Assembly: GCA_026936335.1 (NCBI GenBank)
Contig: JAPMXV010000025.1
Span: forward strand, 245,400-309,399
DNA length: 64,000 nt
Direction of reading: 5' to 3'
Source: Mantamonas sphyraenae STR306
Taxonomy: Eukaryota; Protista; CRuMs
Program-made: the position numbers and the translations under genes
The notes under the pieces: generated by a model
What the model was told of the DNA's origin: nothing
Database searches by the model: none
The model's input: the letters and a program-made list of their open reading frames with translations, nothing else
Shown: piece by piece, positions 11,186 through 22,051 of the stretch
How the letters are laid out: every line of letters starts with the position of its first letter
Position numbering within the stretch: the stretch's first letter is position 1

Positions 11186-14100
11186 CTATCCAAGGGCAAA
11201 CGTCGTCCTGTGCTCCCTCCCGCCGCCTGGGCCTACGCTCTTCCTTCCGCTGCGCCGCCCCTCTCCCTCCTCCTCTCTGCCATGGTCTCCTGTCAACAGA
11301 CCCGGCTCCGCCAGCCCTCCACGCGCATCGTTCCACCCTCGTCCACTCCCGCTCCCGCTGCCTTTGTCCTCCTCCACCTCCACTCGCAGCCGGCCCCATC
11401 GCACGTCTCGTTCACTCAACAGTGTCTCACCCACACTCGATCGTTGCAAATGGTTCCAGTTCCCTCGTCCAACATACTCTCCGCTCGCACGCCCTTGGCC
11501 CTCCGTTTCGCTCACCTTGGCCGCAACTTCTGCTTTTGTCTGCCGTTTCTTGCTAGCCCCTTCCACACGCTCGTATACTTGCGTCTGCACAAGGCTCTCC
11601 TCTCCCGCCTTTCCCTTCCACTGCACAATGTTCTCGTGGCTTGTGTGCCCGCTTTTCAGCAGCCGCTTTCGGTGCGGTCTTTCACGCTCCCGCACCGCAT
11701 CGTGGTGCAGCGGCGACTGCTCGTGCGCCCACACATGCTCCTTTGCACGCTCTTTGTACAACGTTCGGAAAAACTCGGCGTCCAGTTCCCCCACCTGCGG
11801 CCTCACCCGCTCCGTTTCCCCCTCCCCGCGCCAGCTCACAATGTCTCCCGACGACCAGTACCGCACGTCCGATTCTGCCTGCGCACGCGCTGCCTCCCAT
11901 CGCTCCGCCGAAGCCTTGGGGTCGTACACGCTCTCTTCCGCCTCTTCCACCTTCAGCACCTCCCGCACCGTCCCGCTCAATCCACGCGTGTCTGTGACCC
12001 CGCTCCGGTCTTCGTACTCGTCCTTCTCGTGCCACGCAAACACACGGTCCGACCGCATTGTCTTTTGGTGCTCTGGTGATTCGTGCTTTGTCTTCCGCAG
12101 CCCCGTCGTCTCTGCCTCCCGCTCCACCTCCGCAAGCACCTGTTCACGGCTCCAATCCTCCCGTGATTCCCAGTCCAGCACGTCCTCGATCTCTCCTCGC
12201 CTCGACATCCTTGCCTCCTCTGTTTCGCCCACAACACCCACAACACCCCCATCCGTCCCTTCCTCCCCGTTCTCATCCTCGTCTTCGTTCCACTGCAACT
12301 CAGTTCCCACATTGCTCACAGCATGCACACGTCGCACCTGTCGCACACGCGCTGCAGGCAGGATCTCTCGCATGCGTGACTCCTCCTCTGCGTCTTCCCA
12401 CGTCATCACATTGCCTCGGTGGCTTCTGTGTGCCGCCCCGACTTCCTCCGTGCGCTTTGCCTCTGCCTTTCGCTCCTCCGCTTCTCGGCTGCTTACCCAC
12501 TCCTCAGGCTCAAAATCCTCTTCTTTGTACAGGCTTGTGGCCGTCGCACGCCGCATAAACTCGCTTCGGGACAGCGTTTGCCTCTCAAACGCCTCTGCGT
12601 CTCGTTCCAACCCGCTCGACGTCTCCAATCCCCAACCTTCCCATCTGCCTCAGGAACTCGCTCCTGTCCAGCTCCCCGCCGTGCATCTTTTCCACCAGCC
12701 CGTGCACTTTGCGACGTAGCTCCTGCGTGCGTGTCTCCTTCTCCTTCTCCTCCTCCCTGCTCCTCCGCTCTCCGTCCTCCTCTTTCCGCTCCTTCCTCCG
12801 CGGTGTCTCTGCAATGTGAGTCACCGGCTCAATCAATCCCGCCGTCGCGTCAAAGTACAGGTTCAGCCGCGATGCCCCTTGCACGCCTCCCACGTATCGC
12901 TTCAGCGGCCGCGACCCCACAAGCGACTTGTGTGGTTTCTCCTCGCGCTCCGCCAGTTCGTCCCACGCAACCTCCACCCGGCTCTCCAGCGCGTTCTCCT
13001 TTACAATACGCAAGCCCTTCTTCTTTTCCGGCGCCGCCGTCTTCCATGTGATCGGGTCGCTGCTTGCCTGGGCCCGTCGATGCCGACGCAGCTGCCGTCG
13101 CAGAAGCAGACGTTCGTGCTCCTCAAACAGGTCCAGCTCTCCGTTGGCCTCCATGTCTGCCAGTTTGCGCACGTCCATGTGCTTTCTCGTCCCACTCGTC
13201 TCTGTCCCCTTGCTAAAGATCTGCGAGGCGTTGATCTCCTGCAACTTTGCCGCTCGCGTCATCCCTTCTCCCTGTCCGTTCCCTCCTCCTCCACCTTGCT
13301 CTGCCGCAGAATCCATACGTCCGCCAAACAACGACGACACGCTGTCTCTTCGGCCGCTCATTGCCAGCGGCGACGGCGTGTTGCGCACCGACCGTCGATC
13401 AAACGCCACACTTTGCCGAGGACTACGCACGCTTGCGTTCTGCATGTCTTCAATCGACAGCGCCTTTCGTGGTGTGAATCGCTCTCGCTCGTCTGCTGCC
13501 GTGCTCGATGAAAATGCAGAGCGCACAGATGCCACAGACGACACAGAACCTCGCTGAGAGAAGGACCCCGTACCCAAAAATTCGTCGTCAGTTTGCCCGC
13601 TCTCCCTTTGCCCCTCCCGCACTCAACTTACGCGTGCACGCGACATCCCGCGGAATGACTGTGTCGATCGCGCAGACAGCGATCTGCCCATGTCGTGGAA
13701 AGAAACCTGTGTGCATGTGTGTGTCAGTCGCCCTCGCCTGGCTTGTGCATCCTCGTTCCACGCGACCAAATTGGCAAAAGCCCCTCCCAGTCCCTTACAG
13801 GTGATGGCACCGCAATCGGTAACGATGGACCAGACGACGGCCGCCTGGGCATCTCGCTCTCTTCGCCCATCTCGCTCTTCTGTGCACCACTCTGCCCACT
13901 CTCTCGCTCTCCGCTCGACAACGACCCTTGTTGCGGCGGAGGCGACGACGGATCCCGAGCCAGCTCTTTCGGCGCCTTGAACGCACTCGACGACGACGAC
14001 GACAGCGCTTTCACGTCCTCGCTCTCCTTTGTTTGCTTTTCTTCCTTCCTGCTTTGTGTCGTCCGTCCTTTGCTGCCCTTTGTCTTGCCCTGTGCTTTCG

Positions 14101-14296
14101 GCGTCGGCGGCCCTGCTCGTTCAAGCACATTCGACACGTCTACCCGCCCGTCTGGCCGCACAGAGATCGACAGCATCAGATCGTCCGCTACAGACGTCCC
14201 ATACTTGATCCCCGACCGCTGTAGAGCTTTGTGGAAATCAACTGCATTCACAACCCCCGACTCTTTGCTACGCAGTTCGTCCAACAGCCGATCCAT
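11186..14296 (-). CDS. Large low-complexity hypothetical protein with possible N-terminal EF-hand-like segment; 2 introns and a frameshift near 12630
   Basis: ORFs 13724-14296, 12585-13622 and 11186-12628 link through GTAAGG/GTAAGT..CTGAC..CAG introns; a 1-nt indel in the GGGG run restores the frame. Confidence 0.5.
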
Positions 14297-14297
14297 T

Positions 14298-15976
14298 TCA
14301 CGTGTGGCGAAGCCCGCGCACCTTCTTCTTGCGACGCCGAACAACCTTTTCCTGCGATGGGTCTACTCCCACATACGACGCACGTGCCGTCGTGTATGCT
14401 TCAAACTTGGCCTTGCTGTCCAGCAATCCGTCCGCAATCTGGTCCTTGCGTGTCACCTGCACCTTTTCAGGCAGCGGCATGCTCGTGAACGAGTCTCGGC
14501 TCGTCGTGTGCCCATAAAACTCCCCACTTGTGATCCGCTTGTTCTCGGGACGCATGATGGGTGTCTTTTCCACCTTGCCAGTGTCCCTGTACGACATCTG
14601 GCTCGTGGAGACCAGAGGTGTTTGAAACTCCTCACTCTCTCCACGTCGCTGGGCATCGTGTGCCATCAGATCCTGCTTGGCAATGACTTGCTTGGCACGA
14701 GTGTGGCGTTTGTGAGGCACGAAACTGCTGCGAGCAGTCGTCGTGTAGCGTTGGCGGTCATCGATGCCGATACCCCAGCTTGCCTGGTACGTCTGCTTGC
14801 CTGAAGCAGCTGCACGACGACGCGGAGGAGGGGCACTCGATTCCGTGGCAAACGATGATGCATAGTTGGTTTTGAACGTGTCGTCTGCACCAGGCGCCTG
14901 CAGCTTCAGTTTGCTCAGCCGAGCCTTTGCGGGCTTCTGTCGTACCTCAGCCACTTCTTCCTTCTCAAACGTGCGGTACGTGTCGTTGGCCACGCTCGTA
15001 TGCTCAAACGGCGTCTTTTCGTAGTGAAAGTCCAGCCGCGGTGCTCGCGACGTCGACGGGCGGTACTTTTTCGGATCTGCACCCACATACGACGCACGCG
15101 CCGTCGTGTATGCTTCAAACTTGGCCTTGCTGTCCAGCAATCCGTCCGCAATCTGGTCCTTGCGTGTCACCTGCACCTTTTCAGGCAGCGGCATGCTCGT
15201 GAACGAGTCTCGGCTCGTCGTGTGTCCATAAAACTCCCCACTTGTGATCCGCTTGTTCTCGGGACGCATGATGGGTGTCTTTTCCACCTTGCCAGTGTCC
15301 CTGTACGACATCTGGCTCGTGGAGACCAGAGGTGTTTGAAACTCCTCACTCTCTCCACGTCGCTGGGCATCGTGTGCCATCAGATCCTGCTTGGCAATGA
15401 CTTGCTTGGCACGAGTGTGGCGCTTGTGAGGCACGAAACTGCTGCGAGCAGTCGTCGTGTAGCGTTGGCGGTCATCGATGCCGATGCCCCAGCTTGCCTG
15501 GTACGTCTGCTTGCCTGAAGCAGCTGCACGACGACGCGGAGGAGGGGCACTCGATTCCGTGGCAAACGATGATGCGTAGCTGCAATCCACCCATTCCAGA
15601 CGGGTCGCCACAAAGCACACGGCCTGTCAGTCACCGTGGACCTTGTTCTCCTTGAACAAACGGCTCCTTCCCTTTGCTCTCTCTTCCCCGCAAACACCAA
15701 CACCTACCTCGACTTTGGTGTTTCTGTCTCACCAGCCAACGCCATGAACCCGCCGTACGACTTGCGTGTGCGCGGTTTGCGTTTCACCCTGCTCTCCAAC
15801 AGCACCTCCTTGGAAGGCGCCTGGAAAGACTCTGCGTGCAGCGAGTGAATCCGTTCCGGGTTCTTGTCTCGCTGGCCCAACAGCGGGTTGTCCGACGACG
15901 TCCGTGCCATGTCCCACTCTTCAAACTCGCGCACATCTGCCTGCAGTTGGATGTCCGGCAGAGACGACTCGCTCAT
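14298..15976 (-). CDS. Repetitive basic protein with SAXO/Mn-like motifs (candidate axonemal microtubule-binding protein); 1 intron
   Basis: Exon 15976-15708, intron 15707-15580, exon to stop 14298; repeated TT[A/S]RxS[F/Y] motifs. Confidence 0.5.
14368..15579. repeat. Near-identical ~498-bp direct repeat (14368-14865 and 15082-15579; offset 714 bp, in frame)
   Basis: Direct sequence comparison shows only a few substitutions. Confidence 0.95.
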
Positions 15977-16113
15977 CCTTGCGTTGTTGCCTCCCGCGCT
16001 TGAATTCACTTCAAGCCCTTCTCCTCGTGCCCCTTTCTCTCCATACACTTCTCGACCGCACCTATCACTTCTCTCCACTCTTCACCCCCCCTCATTCCAT
16101 CCATCCCCTCACA

Positions 16114-19100
16114 ATGAATCACCACACCTCCGCCAACCAAACTCTTTGCAGCCACATCGTCCCCATGATCGGCTCGTCAGCGTCCAGCAAGTACCAGGAG
16201 GCCTCACCGCCAACCTCGTCCTCGCTGAGCCCGTCTGCCGAGTCAGACACCTCTGCGCCAAAGACTCCGTCCAAGAACAGTCTCTTGAAAAAGACAATCG
16301 AGAAGCGTCGCGCATCCATTCGTGCTACCGCTCGCCTACAGAGGCTGGCCGAGGCAAAGGGAATGCAGCCAAACGTCGACACAAGCGCCACCGACGCCAC
16401 ACAAGTCGTCGATATGATCAACCGCGTCCACTTGGACGACCCGGTGTCCATTCATCGTCGCGGTTTCGAGCGCGCAAAGACCGGCATTCTTCTCCTCTTC
16501 AACGAGCGCAGGCAGCGCGGTGACAAGTTTGCCCGCTTCCTCCTCGATATTTTTATTCCCCTCTCTGTTGTTCTCATCGAGTTTGTCCAGTACATCTACT
16601 TCATGCTCGGAAGTGTCAACCAGTGCGTTTTTTTTCCGGCTTCCCCACACACATTCCAACCGCGTTTCTCCCTCGCCCCACGCTGCCCCTTTGCTCACAC
16701 CTGCTCCCGTCCACAATCCCCGGGATCCACTTCCACCTGCGAACGTTCACGTCCACGCTCCAGACGCTACCATTGGTTCGATTGGGCCTCCTTCCTAACG
16801 TTTGACCTTGATTTTGAAATCGAAGGTTTCTTTCTCCAAACCCTGAAGGTCACCATTTTCGTTGGCATTGAGCTCCTCCTCATGTCCACATTTGTGCTCG
16901 CCTTCTTAGTCAGCCGTCCTCTTTACGCGTACGAAAAGATCGAGCGAGGCACCCTGCAGTCTGTGTTTTCTTCCCTTGTCCTTTCCCTCGCCACTGTGTT
17001 CTACATGCCCATTCAGCGCCTGCTCTGGTCCACCATCTGGGACTCCACCAACGTGGTCTTCATTATCTTTGGTGTCATTTCCATCAGTATCCACCTTGTC
17101 ATCGGCGCCAGCGTCGCTCTCAACTCCTTCACCCCAGACCCCAACGCCTCCCACCTCTTTGTGCGCACTGCCCCGTACATCGACACCATCGCCCTCCTCC
17201 TCAAGACACTTACTGCCATTACCGGACTCTTTGCTTCCGTCTCCATCTACCTCCCCGTCGCCCTCTACCTTTTTATCGGACTCTCCCTCAACCTCCTTCT
17301 CCACAAACTTCAACCCTACTACAACAACTCCATCAACAGGCTCCGCGGCGCCCTCTATGCCACCATTCTCTATGCCGCCATAGCCAACGCTGTTTTTGTC
17401 ATGTACGGCCACAACCTGACCGAGGACCTTGTCGCCGTCCTTTGCTTCCCGCCCATGCCGGTCACCCTCATCGTTGGCGCTCTCGCCGTCCACCCGTCCT
17501 CTGTCAGCCGCAGGTTCAGCAGCTACCTCCAGGTCCTATTCCGTCCCTACGAACTGGGCCACGGCGCAGACCTTGTCCACGCCCTCCACCTCGACCACTA
17601 TCTCACCTCTGCCCCACGTCTCGCCCAGTATGCCAATCTGCTGCATCAGACCAACGAAGACGACGCCGCAGAGTTCTTTTACAAAAAGGCCACTGCCCTC
17701 AATCTCCAGGGCGGCCACAACGCAGACTATGCCTTTTGGCTGCGCCAGCTCCGCGATGGCATCACCAAGGGTAACCACGACTGGTACATGCAGTACGCTT
17801 TCCACCGTACGCCCGACTCTACCATCGTCGCCGTCTCCCACGAACCAGACATCGACGTCAGCAAGCACATGCTCAATTGGCGTCGATGGATGAGCGCACG
17901 CGGCGCAGTCGTCGTCCACCTTCAACTGCGCAAGACCACTCGCTACCGCCTGCCCATAACCCGCCATGCAAACTTTCCCTATGTTATCCACCACCTGCTT
18001 TGGAGCCTGGTGGGTGGCGAACACGCAAAGTCGCTCAACACGGATCAGGTCGCAACCACCTTGTCCTCCCTCGTCAAGTTCTCCATCGGCCAGCATCTGG
18101 ACCTCGATGCTGCACATGCGCAAGGTGAACCCGACGTGGCTCTGCTCAAGCACCTGCTGGACCCCTCTGCGTTCCCTGCGCCCGAAAGCATCGAGAAAGC
18201 TCGCAAGAGCATCCGGTATGCGCGACTGACCCAACTTGTCTTTCAGCTGCTTTGCGCCTTTGTGCGCTATCACAGCATCACCCCCCAGGCGCGTACCCAG
18301 TGCCCACACAACACGGGCATCGATGCGCTGCTGTTTGAAGCTCACGCGCCTCTGGGACATTTGCGCGCAGAGATGCAACAAGCCGCAGCAAAGACCAGGA
18401 AACAAACTGCCTCGCCCAATTTGGGAAGCGACAACGGCAGCAAAGCAGCCACAGGCGGAGGCAAAGGAAACCGCACGTCGCCCACCTCTGGCCAGAACGG
18501 CTCGAGCACAGGCAGTCCCGCTGACAACGGCACCGCAGACGGTGCAGCGGAGAATCCGTTTTCCTCGTTGTATCCCCTCGTGCTGAACTTGGTCGATCTG
18601 CACCTGTGCGATGAAGAGAGCATGGAAGTGTTGCGACAGCTCACCGGAAGGATGGATGGCAAACCCTTTGTGTTTGTGTACACGTGGAACCCGCACGCCA
18701 GCAAGGAGCTTCTGTCTCACGTCACCGACTCGGAGCTGTATGCACCCAACTATGGCGTGCTTGCACGCGCGTTTCGCAACTCCATGGTCACCGAGTCCAG
18801 CACAAACGCTGAAGCTGACGAGAACGCCATCCTGCGCGGCCGTGGCCACAGGTCTGCCACCGAAGTCCTCCACAAGATGCTGGGCAAGCGCCAGGAGCGA
18901 CGAAAACTGGACCGCATGCTTGTCAACACGGTCCAACACGAGCGCGCAAGTGCCGAGACACCAGCAGCCCCAGTGGTCACACCCTCGTCGCCTTCCATTG
19001 ACAAGGAGAAAGAGACACCCGCAGGCTCCGGGGTGGGTGCTCCCAATGAGGAAAATGCAGGCGGAGACAAGGTAGGCGCGAAAGGGACGACGACGGCGAG

Positions 19101-21987
19101 GAATCAAGCCGGTGGCGCACGCACCATGACCTCGTCTGCATCGTCCGCATCATCATCCTCGTCCAGCTCGGAGGAGGAAGACTCGAACGTGGACACAGAA
19201 ATGGATGCCGAGCCGAAGGAACTCCCGCTGCGAGGGAACAACGGGTGGTCGTCAGTGCACTGCCACATTCGCACACAGCCTCGGCAGGAAGGCGATGGCG
19301 GACCGCTGGTGGACAGTGTGCCCTCTACAGAGTACCGTAAGCAACAGGAGGAGGTGTTGGCAGAGGTGGAACCGGGCAACGTGCGCACATGTCGCATTGC
19401 TGCGCCCAACTACATCATCCGCCGGATCTGCTTCTTCTGCATGCCCGTGGTCGGCCGGTTCAAGGACCACCGTGCCGTGCCTGTGCCAGACATCCTCGAC
19501 TGGGAGTGTTTGTCGTGCAGCAAGTCCATGGCCGACCGCATCGAGGGGTCGCTGCAGGCCTTTGCCGACGCCTTCCCTTTGCTTCAGCTCCTCTCGGTGG
19601 CTGTGGCCGGCTGTGGTGACACTGTACCCTATGTCCTCCTCATGCACGCATACAAGGAATCCGTCAAAGCTCAACCGCAGCGTGTGGCCAATGTGGGCAT
19701 GGCCTGGCGAGCCCTGGAACTGCTCAAGCTCACGGCCTGGGGAGACGAGCCAGGCACAGTCATGTTCCGCAGCTCCGTCGTACAAACCGTCGTCTATCTC
19801 AACATGGATATGATTACGCGTGAAAAGAAGCACATGCTGTTTGTGGACGTGTGCAGCCACCCGGGCACTCCTGGTCTTCCTCGGTACTCGTTGATCTGGC
19901 AGTACGACCACGTGTGCAAGTCCAACGACATCACACGCATGCTGGAAATCGTGTTGAGTCTCAGTGTGGATGCCGCACGCCATTCCCAGTTCAAGATGGC
20001 CTACGACATGTGCCGCAAGATGCTGCAGCGCATCAACACCCTCACCAGCACCCACTCGCTCAGCATCGACATGGAATATCTGAAAACCGTGCGCATCCAA
20101 CTGCTCAGCATGCAACTGAAGTGTGCCACCCGCCTGGGCAAGATCAACCTCGCCTCCGACGCCTCTTCCGCCGTGCTCGAGTACCTGCGCGACAGTAGCC
20201 ATGTCGAAGACACCCTGCGGCTTGTCAGCGCCCAGATGGATCTGCATCTTGTGGAAGGCTACCCGATCAAGGCCGAGGAGCTGGGTCAAGGCGTGCTCGA
20301 CTCCATCGAGAACCTCGTGCCCAGCCCGGAAACCGAACAGATCTTCAGGCGAATGGCAGAGTCACTGGCGCGCCTCTTGCGCTTCGACGAAGCCATTGAA
20401 TACTTTCAGCGTGCCTCGGACGTGTCCCGCAAGATCTTCCAGCCCATGGGCCAGGCCAAGGCGCTTCTGGGGGTGGCTCGCATGGAAATCGAAACGGCGG
20501 CCATGCGCCAGGCGTGGAACCATCTGCAGGCGTCCATGCGCATCTTTGTGTATTTGGGAAACCAAAACTACAGCCTGCGTGCACAGATCGAAGTGGCCAC
20601 CTACCATGTGGCGAACGGCCAGCTGACGGTGGCACAGGAACTGATGATCCGCACGTTTGACACAGCCCTGGCCATGGACCTGCCAGACAATGCCCTTGAC
20701 GCAGGCCTGCGCCTGTTGGATTTGACTCTGTTGATGGACGATCTGCGTGTGTACTCGCGCATCCGAAACCGTCTGTTGGATCTGGACGCAATCGGTTTCC
20801 GCTTCTTTGAGATCATGCTGCGTGACGCACGTGTCATTGTCCACGATTACATCGACAAGATTGGCTACTTGGACGACGGGGGCGAGAACAGCGAGCACAC
20901 AAATCGCAAGGAGTTTACCATTCTGCCCACGCTAAGCGACGTGCCGGAGGCTGTCGATCTCATCGAGGGTGCCCACCTGCTCATCCGCACGTACTTTGAG
21001 GGCCAGACAAGTGACATGGTCCAGCAATCGCTGAACCAACAGTCTCGCTTCCTCAGTCGAGCCCTGAGCAGGGTGCAGGAAATGGTGTTGCTGGACGAAC
21101 GCGACACGAACGGCGTGTTGCCCGACCTGCGCGCCGCGTACATGGCATTCATGGCGATGCTGACAATCAATGGCACAGACGGAGTGCATCTCAAGCAAAG
21201 CGAGATTGAGTTGCGTGGCATGTGCATCAACATGCAACTCAGCAAGAGGTTTGAGGTGCAGGCGATCAAGGGCGAACCATTTTTCACGGGTGAGATGGCA
21301 TGCTCCTGGCTCCGAGCAAGCCTTGGCACAGGCGTGGACGAGTCTCGTGCCGTGGCTCTGTCCATGCTGCGCGCACAGCTCATCCGTCCAAAGCGCTCGG
21401 GCGTGACCAACGTCGAGCCCGACCAGTTGTACAAGTTCAGCTCGGCGCAGTACACGTACGAAATGCTGCCTCCCAGTGCCTTGCGTGCCATCAAACGTGA
21501 GATGAAGCACAAAACAGACGGCATTGCCCTTGCCCAGTACAAGAACTTTGGGCCGTCCTTCACCGGAACGCAGCTTGTCGATTGGCTTCTGGAACGAAGC
21601 GAGCGGGAGGTGCGTTCCAAGGCACGCAACGACACTCAGAAACCCGGTGCCGCCGCGCGTACGAGCCTATCCAATGCCAAAGCTCCCGGTGGCCGCGCGA
21701 GTAGTCTTGACACGGCCGAGAGCGGGTTTTCGGTCGAGGAAGGCGAACGACGACGGAGCAGCACGCTTTCTACCGTGTCTGGTATGCGCGTGGACCTTCC
21801 ACGCATCTTTGATACCATCCGTAGCGTCGATTCGATGATCGTTGTTGCCGATCCGGAGGGCAAGATCCAGTCTCGCGCAAAGGCCAGCCTTATCGGCCAG
21901 CAACTCATGTATGCAAACATCATCGAGAGGTATGGCGGCAAGAACGACTTTGTGGACAGTGAAAAGACGTGGTTCCGTCCTCGCTGA
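16114..21987 (+). CDS. Multi-pass membrane protein with TPR-like repeats and two C-terminal DEP domains
   Basis: ATG 16114; in-frame intron 16623-16763; about 7 TM helices; TPR-like LLRFDEAIEYFQRAS; DEP motifs FTGEMACSWL and FTGTQLVDWLLE...GQQLMYANII. Confidence 0.75.
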   Translation: MNHHTSANQTLCSHIVPMIGSSASSKYQEASPPTSSSLSPSAESDTSAPKTPSKNSLLKKTIEKRRASIRATARLQRLAEAKGMQPNVDTSATDATQVVDMINRVHLDDPVSIHRRGFERAKTGILLLFNERRQRGDKFARFLLDIFIPLSVVLIEFVQYIYFMLGSVNQCVFFPASPHTFQPRFSLAPRCPFAHTCSRPQSPGSTSTCERSRPRSRRYHWFDWASFLTFDLDFEIEGFFLQTLKVTIFVGIELLLMSTFVLAFLVSRPLYAYEKIERGTLQSVFSSLVLSLATVFYMPIQRLLWSTIWDSTNVVFIIFGVISISIHLVIGASVALNSFTPDPNASHLFVRTAPYIDTIALLLKTLTAITGLFASVSIYLPVALYLFIGLSLNLLLHKLQPYYNNSINRLRGALYATILYAAIANAVFVMYGHNLTEDLVAVLCFPPMPVTLIVGALAVHPSSVSRRFSSYLQVLFRPYELGHGADLVHALHLDHYLTSAPRLAQYANLLHQTNEDDAAEFFYKKATALNLQGGHNADYAFWLRQLRDGITKGNHDWYMQYAFHRTPDSTIVAVSHEPDIDVSKHMLNWRRWMSARGAVVVHLQLRKTTRYRLPITRHANFPYVIHHLLWSLVGGEHAKSLNTDQVATTLSSLVKFSIGQHLDLDAAHAQGEPDVALLKHLLDPSAFPAPESIEKARKSIRYARLTQLVFQLLCAFVRYHSITPQARTQCPHNTGIDALLFEAHAPLGHLRAEMQQAAAKTRKQTASPNLGSDNGSKAATGGGKGNRTSPTSGQNGSSTGSPADNGTADGAAENPFSSLYPLVLNLVDLHLCDEESMEVLRQLTGRMDGKPFVFVYTWNPHASKELLSHVTDSELYAPNYGVLARAFRNSMVTESSTNAEADENAILRGRGHRSATEVLHKMLGKRQERRKLDRMLVNTVQHERASAETPAAPVVTPSSPSIDKEKETPAGSGVGAPNEENAGGDKVGAKGTTTARNQAGGARTMTSSASSASSSSSSSEEEDSNVDTEMDAEPKELPLRGNNGWSSVHCHIRTQPRQEGDGGPLVDSVPSTEYRKQQEEVLAEVEPGNVRTCRIAAPNYIIRRICFFCMPVVGRFKDHRAVPVPDILDWECLSCSKSMADRIEGSLQAFADAFPLLQLLSVAVAGCGDTVPYVLLMHAYKESVKAQPQRVANVGMAWRALELLKLTAWGDEPGTVMFRSSVVQTVVYLNMDMITREKKHMLFVDVCSHPGTPGLPRYSLIWQYDHVCKSNDITRMLEIVLSLSVDAARHSQFKMAYDMCRKMLQRINTLTSTHSLSIDMEYLKTVRIQLLSMQLKCATRLGKINLASDASSAVLEYLRDSSHVEDTLRLVSAQMDLHLVEGYPIKAEELGQGVLDSIENLVPSPETEQIFRRMAESLARLLRFDEAIEYFQRASDVSRKIFQPMGQAKALLGVARMEIETAAMRQAWNHLQASMRIFVYLGNQNYSLRAQIEVATYHVANGQLTVAQELMIRTFDTALAMDLPDNALDAGLRLLDLTLLMDDLRVYSRIRNRLLDLDAIGFRFFEIMLRDARVIVHDYIDKIGYLDDGGENSEHTNRKEFTILPTLSDVPEAVDLIEGAHLLIRTYFEGQTSDMVQQSLNQQSRFLSRALSRVQEMVLLDERDTNGVLPDLRAAYMAFMAMLTINGTDGVHLKQSEIELRGMCINMQLSKRFEVQAIKGEPFFTGEMACSWLRASLGTGVDESRAVALSMLRAQLIRPKRSGVTNVEPDQLYKFSSAQYTYEMLPPSALRAIKREMKHKTDGIALAQYKNFGPSFTGTQLVDWLLERSEREVRSKARNDTQKPGAAARTSLSNAKAPGGRASSLDTAESGFSVEEGERRRSSTLSTVSGMRVDLPRIFDTIRSVDSMIVVADPEGKIQSRAKASLIGQQLMYANIIERYGGKNDFVDSEKTWFRPR

Positions 21988-22051
21988 ACCCTGGGTGAAT
22001 GGAGAGGCCTCGCAAAACAAAGCAAGTTTTCATCAGTGCATTTTGGCCACA

